Notes: generated from the letters alone by a model not told the origin. A stretch of 64,000 nt of DNA from an uncultured Syntrophaceae bacterium (GCA_964578535.1 CAZODI010000008.1:1815-65814), one strand, 5' to 3'; numbered from the stretch's first letter, positions 39,629 to 48,675 are shown. Translations and numbers: made by a program.

Positions 39629-40411
39629 TCACGAACGCCTTTTGGTTGATTTCCGGGAGTTCCAATTGTGCCGCCGGTGATCCTGCTCCAGGCTCTCGAT
39701 CTGCCCGGCCGTCAGGATCCCCTTCCGGACGAAGAAATCGCCGAACCGGGGCTGCAGCAGTTTCTGCCATGCCGTCAGGCGGCGCAGCTGTCCTGCGTCC
39801 ATGTACCCGAGGCGGACGGCACACTCACCGAAACGCTCGCCGGACCGGCGGCGCTTCAGGATGACGAGAATATCTCCGCGGTCCAGCCAGCCCCACCCGC
39901 AGGCGATCACACCGACCGGAGGCCTCTGCCTCTGCTGCCATACCACGGCGTCGACCAGGATCCGGTGGGTAATCATGCCGGCGTAGTAGAGATAACGGCC
40001 GAAGAGGAGCCTCCCCCCGGGAATCGGCCCCGCGTGGACGTAATCCTGCACCGGGTCGCGCTTCCTTGGCGCTCTCTTCCCGAAAGGGGGGTCCTCCCCC
40101 GGCGCGGGGGACGCCGTACGGCGCGGATTTCCTTCGATCAGGCGGAACCGGGAGGGATTCTCCAGGTAGAGGCGGAGCCGTTCAAAAGCGGACTGGACCT
40201 CCTTGAACTGCTCCTCGAGAATGCGGGATTCGACGGCCAGCGAGAGGGCGCGATCCGGGTGGGTCTCCCGCGCCCGTTTCCGATAGGCCGCTTTCAAACC
40301 GGACATCTGCAGGGAATGGTTCAGAAACTGGACAGAGACGTCGGTCTGTTTTCCGAAAAGGACCTGACAGGCTTCGAACAGGTCGGTGGCGTGGATTTCG
40401 TTCTTTTGCAA
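39629..40411 (-). CDS. J-domain protein with C-terminal MshEN-like repeats
   Basis: LKAAYRKRARETHPDRA...F.EVQSAFERL J-domain; four FG/VG-x6-G motifs; TTG start after AGAGGA assumed (ORF extends to 40498). Confidence 0.82.
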   Translation of the reverse strand: MQKNEIHATDLFEACQVLFGKQTDVSVQFLNHSLQMSGLKAAYRKRARETHPDRALSLAVESRILEEQFKEVQSAFERLRLYLENPSRFRLIEGNPRRTASPAPGEDPPFGKRAPRKRDPVQDYVHAGPIPGGRLLFGRYLYYAGMITHRILVDAVVWQQRQRPPVGVIACGWGWLDRGDILVILKRRRSGERFGECAVRLGYMDAGQLRRLTAWQKLLQPRFGDFFVRKGILTAGQIESLEQDHRRHNWNSRKSTKRRS

Positions 40412-40664
40412 GCCGGTTCCTCTTTTGCCTCTGCGCAGATGTGAAAACGGGTCGGCTTCCCGTGGCAGCATTCGCGGAAGGCCTGTTTCCCATGCCATTA
40501 AAAGAAAGCCCGTTTCCTTGTCAACGCAAAAAGCAATCCCGCAGCCGGGATCCCGGGAACCGGCCGGTTCAGGACCGACTGGGGAAGGAAGCCGCCGTTT
40601 GCGGCAGGGAGGGGGTTTGAGGGAGGGTGAGCCGCGAATCCGTCGCGGCCCGGAACGGGGAAAC

Positions 40665-43019
40665 CTACTTGATGCAGACCCTCCGGACTTGCCGGAAGTC
40701 GGTGATGCCCCGCAGGGCTTTCTGGATGCCGTCCTGGAGGAGCGTGGACATCCCCTCGGACATGGCCTTGTCCCGCAGCGTCTCGACGGTCTCGCTCTTC
40801 TGGATGAGCCGTTTGATTGGGTCGCTCGCGATGAGAAGCTCGTGGATGCCCACGCGCCCCTTGTACCCGGACCGGTCGCAGAGGTCGCAGCCCCGGGGCC
40901 GGTACAGCGTCAGGTCGCTCGTGAAGGGAACGGCCAGCTCCTCAAACCGTTCCCTGCCGTAACTCTCCGCCATTTCGTCGAATTCTTTGCGATCGGGATG
41001 ATAGGGCTCGCGGCAGTTTTTGCACAGTGTCCGGACCAGCCTCTGGGCGAGGACGCCAAGAAGGGCATCGGCGAAGTTCAGGGGGTCGATGCCCATGTCG
41101 AGCAGCCGGATGATGGTCTCGGGGGCGCTGTTCGTGTGCAGGGTGCTGAAAACCAGATGGCCCGTCAGGGAGGCCTCCACCCCGGTCTTGGCCGTTTCAA
41201 AATCGCGCATCTCCCCCACCATGATCACATCCGGATCGGCCCGGAGAAAGGCCCGCATGGCCGTGGCAAAATCGAAGCCGATCTTGGGCTGCACCTGAAC
41301 CTGCCGGAGTCCGTACTGGGTGATTTCCACGGGGTCCTCGGCCGTCCAGATCTTCTTCTCCGGCGTGTTGATATGCCGCAGGGCCGCATGGAGGGTCGTC
41401 GTCTTTCCCGAGCCCGTAGGCCCGACCACCAGGATCATGCCGTAGGGCTTCTCGCAGATCTTCAGGAGTTCCGAATAGTTCCTCTCCAACATGCCCATGG
41501 CCTCCAGGGGCAGCGTTTCCCCCTTGGCAAGAAGCCGCATCACGACATCTTCGACCCCTCCCTGGGTGGGCAGCGTCGCCACGCGAAGCTCGATCTCGTC
41601 TCCAGGGGAGCGGCGGAACTTGATCTTGCCGTCCTGGGGAATCCGCTTCACCGTGATGTCCAGGTTGGACATGATCTTGATGCGCGACACGAGAGCGGCC
41701 CGATAGTTGAAGGGAACCGTCTGGTACACCGAGCAGTCGCCGTCGACGCGGAAGCGAACCTCCACGTTCTTCCGGCCGATGTTGGGCTCGACGTGGATGT
41801 CCGACGCCCGCCGGCTGACGGCGTCGTTGATGATCTTATTGACGAGCAGCATGATCGCGCTGTCCGACTCCGTGACGGCTTCTTCCCCGTCCTCACTTTC
41901 CTCCTCATCCACACCGTCCAGCCGGCCGATGATGTCCGAAATCGACGTTTCATCCCCATGGACCTGATAGAAATAGTTGATGAACCGGGAGATGTCCTCC
42001 GGAAGGGCCACGTCATAGCGGATGTCTTTTGTCTTCAGGAGGTTTTCAATCATGTCCCGCTTGATGATGTTGTCCGGGTCGCTCACCAGGATGTGGACGG
42101 TTCCGTCGGTCTTCTCGATGGGCACCCAGAGCTCCCGGAGCAGGTATTCCTTGTTGAGCCTGCTCAGGAGATCCGCGGGGATGGGGAACCGGTCGCTGAA
42201 CTGGACAACGCTGCAGCGGAAATATTCTTCCAGCGACGCTCCGAGATCTTCCTTCGAGATGCCGTGTTTCCGCATCAGGAAACTTTCCACGGTCTCCTTC
42301 TCTTCCCGGGCTTCTTCGCAGGCACGATCGAGCTCGTCTTCCTTCAGGAATCCTTTCCGGATGAGGGAGTCGAAGCGCGTCTTTCTCCGGCGGGCATAGC
42401 GTGCGTGGTTGGAAAGCGCGATGGCAAGGACTTCGGAAATCTCCTGGAGCAGCACGGGCTCCTCTTCGATGAACCGGCCGTCCCGCCCCGACTTGTTGAT
42501 CACCTCGATGACGCCGATGACCTCGCCCTCGTGAACGATCGGCGCGGCCATGACCTGCTTCAGGCGGACATTCGACCGGGCGTCCCGGTCGACCGCCAGT
42601 TCCAGTCCCTTGCAGCGCTTTTTCATCTCGGCCGGATCGTGGACGTCGGCGATGTTGATCAGGAAGCCCGTTTCGGCCACGTACCCGGGAATCGTCCGGT
42701 TGTTGACGGCCATCCTCTGTTCCCGGAACAGGCGCCCGGCCTTGGTGGTCGTGAAGATTTCCCTTCGCTGGCGGTCGACGGCATAGATGTTCACTGCTTC
42801 CACGCGGAAAAGATCCACGATCCGCCTGCTGCAGTCGGTGAATATCTGCGCCACGCTCTGGGAGGCGTAGATTTCGTTCGTGATGTCCTGCAGCTCGTTC
42901 TGGAGGCGGAGGATCTCTTCCAGTTCGTTGATTTCATGGAAGGGAACGTCTTTGCCGACGGGATGGGATCCCTGGGACGGCAGCGGATGGAGAGACTCCG
43001 CAGCAACGGACGATGTCAT
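40665..43019 (-). CDS. GAF domain-containing PilB/GspE family secretion ATPase
   Basis: N-terminal GAF (VIGVIEVINK..F..EE); RASDIHVEP, GPTGSGKTT, TAEDPVE, DPDVIMVGEMRD, TGHLVFSTLHTN, CKNC...CDLC. Confidence 0.93.
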   Translation of the reverse strand: MTSSVAAESLHPLPSQGSHPVGKDVPFHEINELEEILRLQNELQDITNEIYASQSVAQIFTDCSRRIVDLFRVEAVNIYAVDRQRREIFTTTKAGRLFREQRMAVNNRTIPGYVAETGFLINIADVHDPAEMKKRCKGLELAVDRDARSNVRLKQVMAAPIVHEGEVIGVIEVINKSGRDGRFIEEEPVLLQEISEVLAIALSNHARYARRRKTRFDSLIRKGFLKEDELDRACEEAREEKETVESFLMRKHGISKEDLGASLEEYFRCSVVQFSDRFPIPADLLSRLNKEYLLRELWVPIEKTDGTVHILVSDPDNIIKRDMIENLLKTKDIRYDVALPEDISRFINYFYQVHGDETSISDIIGRLDGVDEEESEDGEEAVTESDSAIMLLVNKIINDAVSRRASDIHVEPNIGRKNVEVRFRVDGDCSVYQTVPFNYRAALVSRIKIMSNLDITVKRIPQDGKIKFRRSPGDEIELRVATLPTQGGVEDVVMRLLAKGETLPLEAMGMLERNYSELLKICEKPYGMILVVGPTGSGKTTTLHAALRHINTPEKKIWTAEDPVEITQYGLRQVQVQPKIGFDFATAMRAFLRADPDVIMVGEMRDFETAKTGVEASLTGHLVFSTLHTNSAPETIIRLLDMGIDPLNFADALLGVLAQRLVRTLCKNCREPYHPDRKEFDEMAESYGRERFEELAVPFTSDLTLYRPRGCDLCDRSGYKGRVGIHELLIASDPIKRLIQKSETVETLRDKAMSEGMSTLLQDGIQKALRGITDFRQVRRVCIK

Positions 43020-44407
43020 GGAAGCCGGACCTTATCCATACCGACAGGCTCCACCATGGCCTGGACGACTCCCGGCGGCTCCTGGATAAACACGATCATG
43101 AACGGGGTCTCGCCTCCCGGGGGGACCGCGTTGTTCGCCTGCGGACCGGACCGGGCGGCCGAGAGAGCCAGGTGGAGATCCGGCTCTCCAAGGGTCTCCA
43201 GCTGATCGGCGGTCAACCCGCTCCCGCAGGAAACCATCCGCGCCGCCACGAGCACACCCCGGGAATCATAAAGCTCGCCGCGGATCCGGATCCCCGAGAC
43301 GCCTTCATGCCCCCTGTTGAACGCCATGCCCTCGACAACCCTGATTTCCCGGCCGAGAGCCACGTTTCTGACAAACCGGTGCCGCAGATTGACAATCCCC
43401 ACCTGCTCCGCCACGGGATTCCGGTCCGGCCTTCCAACCTCCAGGTATTGGCCGGCGAAGGGGACATTCACGGACAGCCAGCGGACCAGCCCCTGCCCGT
43501 CGGCGGGCCTGGCCAGGAAAAAGCCGAGGGCGGAGAGGGCCAGGGCAAGGCACAGGAGCAGGCCGATCAGAACCGGCGCGCGCCGTGACGTTCCACGGCC
43601 GGACGAAAGGACGGAACCGCTCCCCTGCTTCACCTCTTCCTTCCCGATATCCTCCGCCGTCTGCAGGGACAGACCGTTCTCGGCGGCCGCCTCTTCGATG
43701 GTTTTCCTGTCGATCCGCAGGGTCCGGTCCATTTCCGGTACGTCCCTGCGCACTTCCGGCGCCTCGGCCGACCGGCCGGCGTCCTGGAATTCCACGAAAG
43801 CGGGCGGGTCCTGCTTCGCCGGGGGCTCCGGCGGCTCCTCCGGCACGCCTTCAGCGGCCGCATCTTCCACATCCGGAGCCGGCTCCTGCACCGCCTCCAC
43901 CCCGGGCATGACGGGTGCCGCCGCCGTCTCCATTTCCAGCTTCAGGACCGGCGGCTCCTCCCGCACGACTTCAGCGGCCTCCTCATCCAGATCCGGGGCC
44001 GGCTCCTGCACCGCCTCCGCCCCGGGCACGACGGGCGCCGCCGCCGTCTCCATGTCCAGCTTCGGGACCGGCGGCTCCTCCCGTCTGCCTTCCACGGCGA
44101 ACTCTGCCGGATCCGATATGGGCTCCTGCAGCACCTCTTCCTGCAAAAGGGATAAGGGGCCCGCATCGTCCGTTTCCGGTTTCTGCCGGGGCACATCCTT
44201 TTTCTTAACCGGAACGGTGATGTCGAATTTCCCGAAAATCGCCGGATACGGCGTCACGGGCGTGACGGGATCGACGGGATCGACGGGATCGGACGGCTGT
44301 ATGTCCTCCATCGGCAGCGACGGGCCTGCGGCTGAAAATGTGGATAAAAAAGCCTCCAGTTCCTGCTTTTCACGGACCAGATCGAATGTCTCGTTCGGGA
44401 TGCTCAT
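43016..44407 (-). CDS. Membrane protein with acidic Pro-rich linker and C-terminal DUF3426-like domain
   Basis: Low-complexity N-terminal half, TM (VLIGLLLCLALALSALGFFL), C-terminal I.G.L.D..G...A....CG...VPPG...PFMIVF. Confidence 0.7.
   Translation of the reverse strand: MSIPNETFDLVREKQELEAFLSTFSAAGPSLPMEDIQPSDPVDPVDPVTPVTPYPAIFGKFDITVPVKKKDVPRQKPETDDAGPLSLLQEEVLQEPISDPAEFAVEGRREEPPVPKLDMETAAAPVVPGAEAVQEPAPDLDEEAAEVVREEPPVLKLEMETAAAPVMPGVEAVQEPAPDVEDAAAEGVPEEPPEPPAKQDPPAFVEFQDAGRSAEAPEVRRDVPEMDRTLRIDRKTIEEAAAENGLSLQTAEDIGKEEVKQGSGSVLSSGRGTSRRAPVLIGLLLCLALALSALGFFLARPADGQGLVRWLSVNVPFAGQYLEVGRPDRNPVAEQVGIVNLRHRFVRNVALGREIRVVEGMAFNRGHEGVSGIRIRGELYDSRGVLVAARMVSCGSGLTADQLETLGEPDLHLALSAARSGPQANNAVPPGGETPFMIVFIQEPPGVVQAMVEPVGMDKVRLP
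43850..44083 (+). repeat. Intragenic 120-bp direct repeat (two copies, 40 aa)
   Basis: Lines 43861-43980 and 43981-44083 are near-identical; protein EEPPV(P/L)KL(D/E)METAAAPV(V/M)PG(A/V)EAVQEPAPD. Confidence 0.9.
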
Positions 44408-44486
44408 CTTTGCCTTTCACTCCATGGAATCCGGTGTACCGCCGGTCCCGTGCACGTCGGAACGAATCCGGCACCCGGCCCGCCGT

Positions 44487-44645
44487 TCAGGCTTTCATAG
44501 CCTTAAGACCCTGCACGGCCGCATCCGGAACGGTGATCCGGATGACGTCGCTGCATTTCCTGCAGACCCGGATGATGACGGATTCCCTGATCTCGTCGGG
44601 TTCGATAACGATTCTTTCCCCGCACTCCTCACAGAAGACAATCAT
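44487..44645 (-). CDS. Small zinc-ribbon protein (52 aa), not in ORF track
   Basis: MIVFCEECGERIVIEPDEIRESVIIRVCRKCSDVIRITVPDAAVQGLKAMKA; CxxC-x19-CxxC, MJ0042-type. Confidence 0.75.
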   Translation of the reverse strand: MIVFCEECGERIVIEPDEIRESVIIRVCRKCSDVIRITVPDAAVQGLKAMKA

Positions 44646-44726
44646 GTCTCGGCAGCTCTCTTCGTCAGCATTTCAAGGTTCGCCCACCGGCGCGTCCGGC
44701 CCTTTTCTTTCCAGGCCCCGCTCCCG

Positions 44727-45884
44727 TCAAAGGACCGTCCCTGACCCCGGGTGCGAGGCTCCTTTGCCCCCCAGCCCCAGCTCCGCCCTCAGCGCCTCGA
44801 ACTCGCTGCGGATCATCTTCCGGACCTCTCTCCGGATCTCTTCCAGTGCGCAGGCAAAGGCATCGTGCGGCTCCATGGCCTTCACGGCCTCGCAGAAATC
44901 CGAACCGGTCTCTTCTTCCCTCTCGGGGTGTTGCTCCGCTTCGCTTTCTTCGGCCGTCAGCGTCACAGCAGGGGAGGCCGGGAGTCCGGCCGCGGGCGCA
45001 GGCTCGACATCCTCTTCCCCCGACGCCGGAACCGCCTCGGTCAAGGGCTCCCGGCTGTCCCCGGCGACAGGGACCCGATCCTCCCCGGCGGTCGCCCCCG
45101 TGCAGGAGGAAAGGTCGATCTTCTCCACCCAGTTCCTGTACTTCCCGATATCGACCACCAGGACGGCCCGCTTTGCCTCCTCCGCCATGGCCTTCGAAAG
45201 GAGAACCCGTTCCAGGTCGTCATATACGGAGAAAAGCAGCTTCACCGACTCGGTGTGGGAATCCCCCTGTTTGACCTGGATATAGCGCTCCAGGAAGCGA
45301 AGGATCCGGAGGAAGCCGAGAACGGTGCGCTCGTGGCGGTACAGCTCCTGCAGTCCGTTCAGCTCCCTGTCCAGCCTGCCCAGGATGGCATCGCTGATTT
45401 CCCATTCCAGCGACAGAATGATGCTTTTCAGCGTCTTGACCGGCGAGAACAGGGCCGGCGTGACCGTTTCGATATCGCCGAAAATCTGCTCGAAACGTCT
45501 GTCTCCGTCCTCGACTGCGCAGGGGTCCGCCGATCCGGGAGCCGATTCGATTTCCTCGAGACAGGGATGGGCTGCATCGGATTCCGGAACCGGATCCGGC
45601 GTTTCTTCCTCAAGAAGGATGTGATAGCGTCTGCCCGGATCGGGCTCCGGGGATTCGGCATCGCCGCTCACGTGTTCGTTCATCATGTCCGGAACTGCTG
45701 CCCTATCCCCTTCCCCACCGGCCTCCAGTGGAGTCTCAGCGCTGATTCCGTCCAGAATGGCCCTGGGATCGGCGGGATCCGGTCCCGCATTACGGCCGCG
45801 TTCCACGGAATCAAGGCCGATTCCGAACAGGACATCGAGGCGGTTTTCCACTTCCCGAACGAATGAAGATTCTTTCATCACCAA
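44727..45884 (-). CDS. Hypothetical acidic protein adjacent to mglA (possible scaffold)
   Basis: Overlaps the mglA stop; N-terminal helix EVENRLDVLFG, central helical domain SIILSLEWEISD, C-terminal helix IRSEFEALRAELG. Confidence 0.7.
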   Translation of the reverse strand: MVMKESSFVREVENRLDVLFGIGLDSVERGRNAGPDPADPRAILDGISAETPLEAGGEGDRAAVPDMMNEHVSGDAESPEPDPGRRYHILLEEETPDPVPESDAAHPCLEEIESAPGSADPCAVEDGDRRFEQIFGDIETVTPALFSPVKTLKSIILSLEWEISDAILGRLDRELNGLQELYRHERTVLGFLRILRFLERYIQVKQGDSHTESVKLLFSVYDDLERVLLSKAMAEEAKRAVLVVDIGKYRNWVEKIDLSSCTGATAGEDRVPVAGDSREPLTEAVPASGEEDVEPAPAAGLPASPAVTLTAEESEAEQHPEREEETGSDFCEAVKAMEPHDAFACALEEIRREVRKMIRSEFEALRAELGLGGKGASHPGSGTVL

Positions 45885-46495
45885 TCCCCGTTCTCCAGTT
45901 CCTTTTCCAGGGAGGCCATGGTCAGCGAGATGATCTTCTTCAGGGTTACAACGACGTTGTCTCCCTCCACGGCACTGGCTTCGAATGACGGCGCTTTCAA
46001 TACGCCGTTGAGATCCCGGTCCAGGGTCTCGACATCCAGCACTTCGATCCCCTGCTTTGCCAGATCCCGCTTGTTGTACTGGATGACCAGCGGCATCTCG
46101 AAAATGTTCTTGTTGTAGAGGGCGAGGTTCTCCTGGAGATTCATCAGGGACGCCACGTTCTTGTTTCTTCGCTCCGCCTCTGAATCGGCGACGAACACGA
46201 CGCCGTCCACCCCCTTCAGGACGAGCCGCCTCGTCGAGTTGTATTTCACCTGGCCCGGCACGGTGTACAATTGGATTTTCACGTCGTACCCGGCGATCTT
46301 GCCGATGTCGAAAGGAAAGAAATCAAAGAAGAGGGTTCGGTCGCCCTGTGTCTTGACCGTCACCATTTCGGAATTGATCTGCTCGCGGCACCGGCTGTAG
46401 ATGTATTCCAGGTTCGTCGTCTTGCCGCATCTTCCGGGACCGTAATAGACAATCTTGGCCTGGATGACCCGATCCTTCAGGTTGATGAATGCCAA
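45878..46495 (-). CDS. mglA: MglA Ras-like small GTPase
   Basis: KIVYYGPGRCGKTTN, DRTLFFDF, LYTVPGQ, QYNKRD, EASA. Confidence 0.95.
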   Translation of the reverse strand: MAFINLKDRVIQAKIVYYGPGRCGKTTNLEYIYSRCREQINSEMVTVKTQGDRTLFFDFFPFDIGKIAGYDVKIQLYTVPGQVKYNSTRRLVLKGVDGVVFVADSEAERRNKNVASLMNLQENLALYNKNIFEMPLVIQYNKRDLAKQGIEVLDVETLDRDLNGVLKAPSFEASAVEGDNVVVTLKKIISLTMASLEKELENGDW

Positions 46496-46568
46496 CGTCC
46501 GCTTCCTCCCTGCCCGACGCCTTCCGCGCTTTGCCTGCCCGGCCTGGTCCGGCCGGGTGATCCTGTTC

Positions 46569-46958
46569 CTAATCCAGAACCCGGGACAGCTCCTGGATGA
46601 CCTGGGCCATCTTCAGCCTCAGAAATCCAAGGGTTACCTCGTTGTCAAAGATGTTGACCAGCAGGAATTCTTCGTTCACCCGGCTGAAATAGATGCTCTC
46701 TTTCTGCCCCTTGTGAAAGAGGAGCGAGAATTCTTCCTCCCCGACGATCCTGGCCATGCTGCACATCGCTCCGAAATTGGCCGCAGCGAGTGCGGCCAGC
46801 GAATACATGTCCCGCGTCACCTGCCCGTTGTCGACCGTCACGATGATGTTGCCGGCCATATCGATCAGCATGGTGTTCTGGACACCCGACCCGATCAGGT
46901 TCTTCTGCAGGGTGTCCTGGATCCTGTCGAGGTGCTGACTGCCGAGGATCAGGCTCAT
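46569..46958 (-). CDS. mglB: MglB roadblock/LC7 GTPase-activating protein
   Basis: LIDMAGNII, LAALAAANFGA...ARIVGEEEF..LFH.G..ESIY, FDNEVTLGFLRL; directly upstream of mglA. Confidence 0.9.
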   Translation of the reverse strand: MSLILGSQHLDRIQDTLQKNLIGSGVQNTMLIDMAGNIIVTVDNGQVTRDMYSLAALAAANFGAMCSMARIVGEEEFSLLFHKGQKESIYFSRVNEEFLLVNIFDNEVTLGFLRLKMAQVIQELSRVLD

Positions 46959-47083
46959 GGCGACATCTCTCCCGGGCGGCGGTGGCCCGCGTGCATGTGT
47001 TTCTCCATCATCCTGTCAACTCCCGGTGATGCGCTGCCGTTCCGGCGGCGTCCGTGCCGCGGCCTGCCGCGGAAAGGCGCGCA

Positions 47084-47284
47084 TCAGTGGCTGATGGTGT
47101 TCAGGTTGCTCCGATCGAGGATCAGGTTGGCGGTTTCCTTCAGCTTCTTCACCATCTCCTCGGTATCCTTCATCTGGGCCGCCATGGACTGGGAAATTCC
47201 CGTCCTGGTCGCCAGCTCCATTCGTCCCTTGAGACCCGCCTGCTCCATGACGATCTCAAAGATCCGGACCATTTTTTCTCCCAT
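47084..47284 (-). CDS. Small conserved hypothetical protein B (66 aa)
   Basis: RBS AAGGAAGGGG; MGEKMVRIFEIVMEQAGLKGRMELATRTGIS...; paralog of 48691-48888. Confidence 0.75.
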   Translation of the reverse strand: MGEKMVRIFEIVMEQAGLKGRMELATRTGISQSMAAQMKDTEEMVKKLKETANLILDRSNLNTISH

Positions 47285-47304
47285 CGCCCCTTCCTTTCGC
47301 CTCT

Positions 47305-47676
47305 CTAGGAAACGACCGCATCTTCGAATGCGTTGATGATGCTGGGCAGAACGATATTCAGAAGCAGCCCAAGCTTGACCTGTTTCTTGTTGACGACGAT
47401 CGCCCACTGGTAATCGCCGAAGGGAATGGCCAGGATGCCCATGTTCCCGGCGACGTCGATGTAATAGTACTGGCCCAGCTCCACCGGATAGGTCTTCAGG
47501 CCCTCCCGGATGGACGCAGTGATTTCATTGAGCAGCGTGGCTCCGGCCGTATTGGACCGCTCCGTCGCCACCAGCACCTGCCCGTCCTCCGTAGAGACGA
47601 TGCTCGACGCAAGCAGCCCGTCTCCCAGATCCTTCTTCAAGCCTTCCAGGCAACCGTTCAGTTTCTGTATGTTCAT
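47305..47676 (-). CDS. Roadblock/longin-like protein
   Basis: RBS GGAGG; DLGDGLLASSIVSTEDG...LGLLLN pattern; homologous to C-terminus of 47773-48675. Confidence 0.75.
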   Translation of the reverse strand: MNIQKLNGCLEGLKKDLGDGLLASSIVSTEDGQVLVATERSNTAGATLLNEITASIREGLKTYPVELGQYYYIDVAGNMGILAIPFGDYQWAIVVNKKQVKLGLLLNIVLPSIINAFEDAVVS

Positions 47677-47772
47677 TACGCCTCCCCTTTAGAATGTTGG
47701 ATTCTCCTGCTTTACCATTCCCCGATTCCCGTCTTTCCGGGAATACAGTGCCGTCCCCTGCCCGCGGATCCT

Positions 47773-48675
47773 TCATCCGGACGGATCGCCCCGAGGCGGG
47801 ACCGCTCCATCACCGCCCGCTTCAAACGTCCTGGCAGCCTTGGGAACGATGGCGTTCAGGACCAGCCCCAGAGAGCATTTTGCGCTGTCGAACAGCATAC
47901 CCAGCTGATGCCCGTCGAAAAGAAGAACCATGAGCGTCAGCCCGTCCCTGAGGTTCATGATATAATGGCTGCCGAGCCCCTTCTGTTCCGGATCCCGTCC
48001 GAAGGCGCTCCGGAGGGATTCCGTCAACTGGATGAACAGCTGGGCCGTTCCCAGGGTTTTTCGGTCATGATGGGAAGCCAGGACCGTCCCGCCGTGAAGG
48101 TCCGCGATGCTTGCCGACAGGAGCGCATCCCCCATGTCCTCGCGAACGACCCGAAGGCACTGCTTGAACCGGTCTTCCCCCCTTCCGGGGGCTTCCATTT
48201 CCGCATCCGCGTCGGCTTCCGCTTCCTCCGCCGCCTCCGCACCCTGCCCGCCGGCCGCCTCGTCGCACCGCCGCGAAGACTCCATCAGGATCGACATGAG
48301 GCTCTTCTCGATCTTCCTGGTAAAGCCGCCTGCATCGACAATCCTCCGGATGTTGAGCCGGACGTTCTCCCAGGAGACCATCTCCATTGCGGCGTCTTCA
48401 GCCTCCAGGCCGTCGCAGGCGGCGTCGTAGAGGGCTCCCTGAACGAAGCAGAAGCGTCCCTGGCGGTCGGCGTCCCGGTAGACTTCCAGGATGCATGTCT
48501 GCTGGTCCATGGCGATGACCTGGAGAAAACTCGCCACCGGAAGGCCGCAGATCGGCCAGCGCTGCAATTCCTCTTTTGAGCCCTGTTTTTCCACGTGCGA
48601 CTGGGTCTCCGAAGAACCGTCATTGTGCACGATCAACCTGAGTTCTCTCCTGGCGGCGCCTTCCACTGGCCTCAT
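47773..48675 (-). CDS. DUF4388 domain fused to roadblock-like domain
   Basis: LPVASFLQVIAMDQQTCILEV...GRFCFVQGALYDA...AAMEMVSW; C-terminal DMGDALLSASIADLHGG...LGLVLN. Confidence 0.8.
   Translation of the reverse strand: MRPVEGAARRELRLIVHNDGSSETQSHVEKQGSKEELQRWPICGLPVASFLQVIAMDQQTCILEVYRDADRQGRFCFVQGALYDAACDGLEAEDAAMEMVSWENVRLNIRRIVDAGGFTRKIEKSLMSILMESSRRCDEAAGGQGAEAAEEAEADADAEMEAPGRGEDRFKQCLRVVREDMGDALLSASIADLHGGTVLASHHDRKTLGTAQLFIQLTESLRSAFGRDPEQKGLGSHYIMNLRDGLTLMVLLFDGHQLGMLFDSAKCSLGLVLNAIVPKAARTFEAGGDGAVPPRGDPSG

Noticed and set aside
40386-43205. 939-aa plus-strand ORF and many similar long antisense or off-frame ORFs
   Set aside because: Shadows of real genes in high-GC DNA; they overlap motif-bearing CDSs and have no recognisable domains.
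43850-44083. Direct repeats considered as CRISPR or mobile-element ends
   Set aside because: In-frame 120-bp coding duplication with no spacers and no cas or transposase genes.
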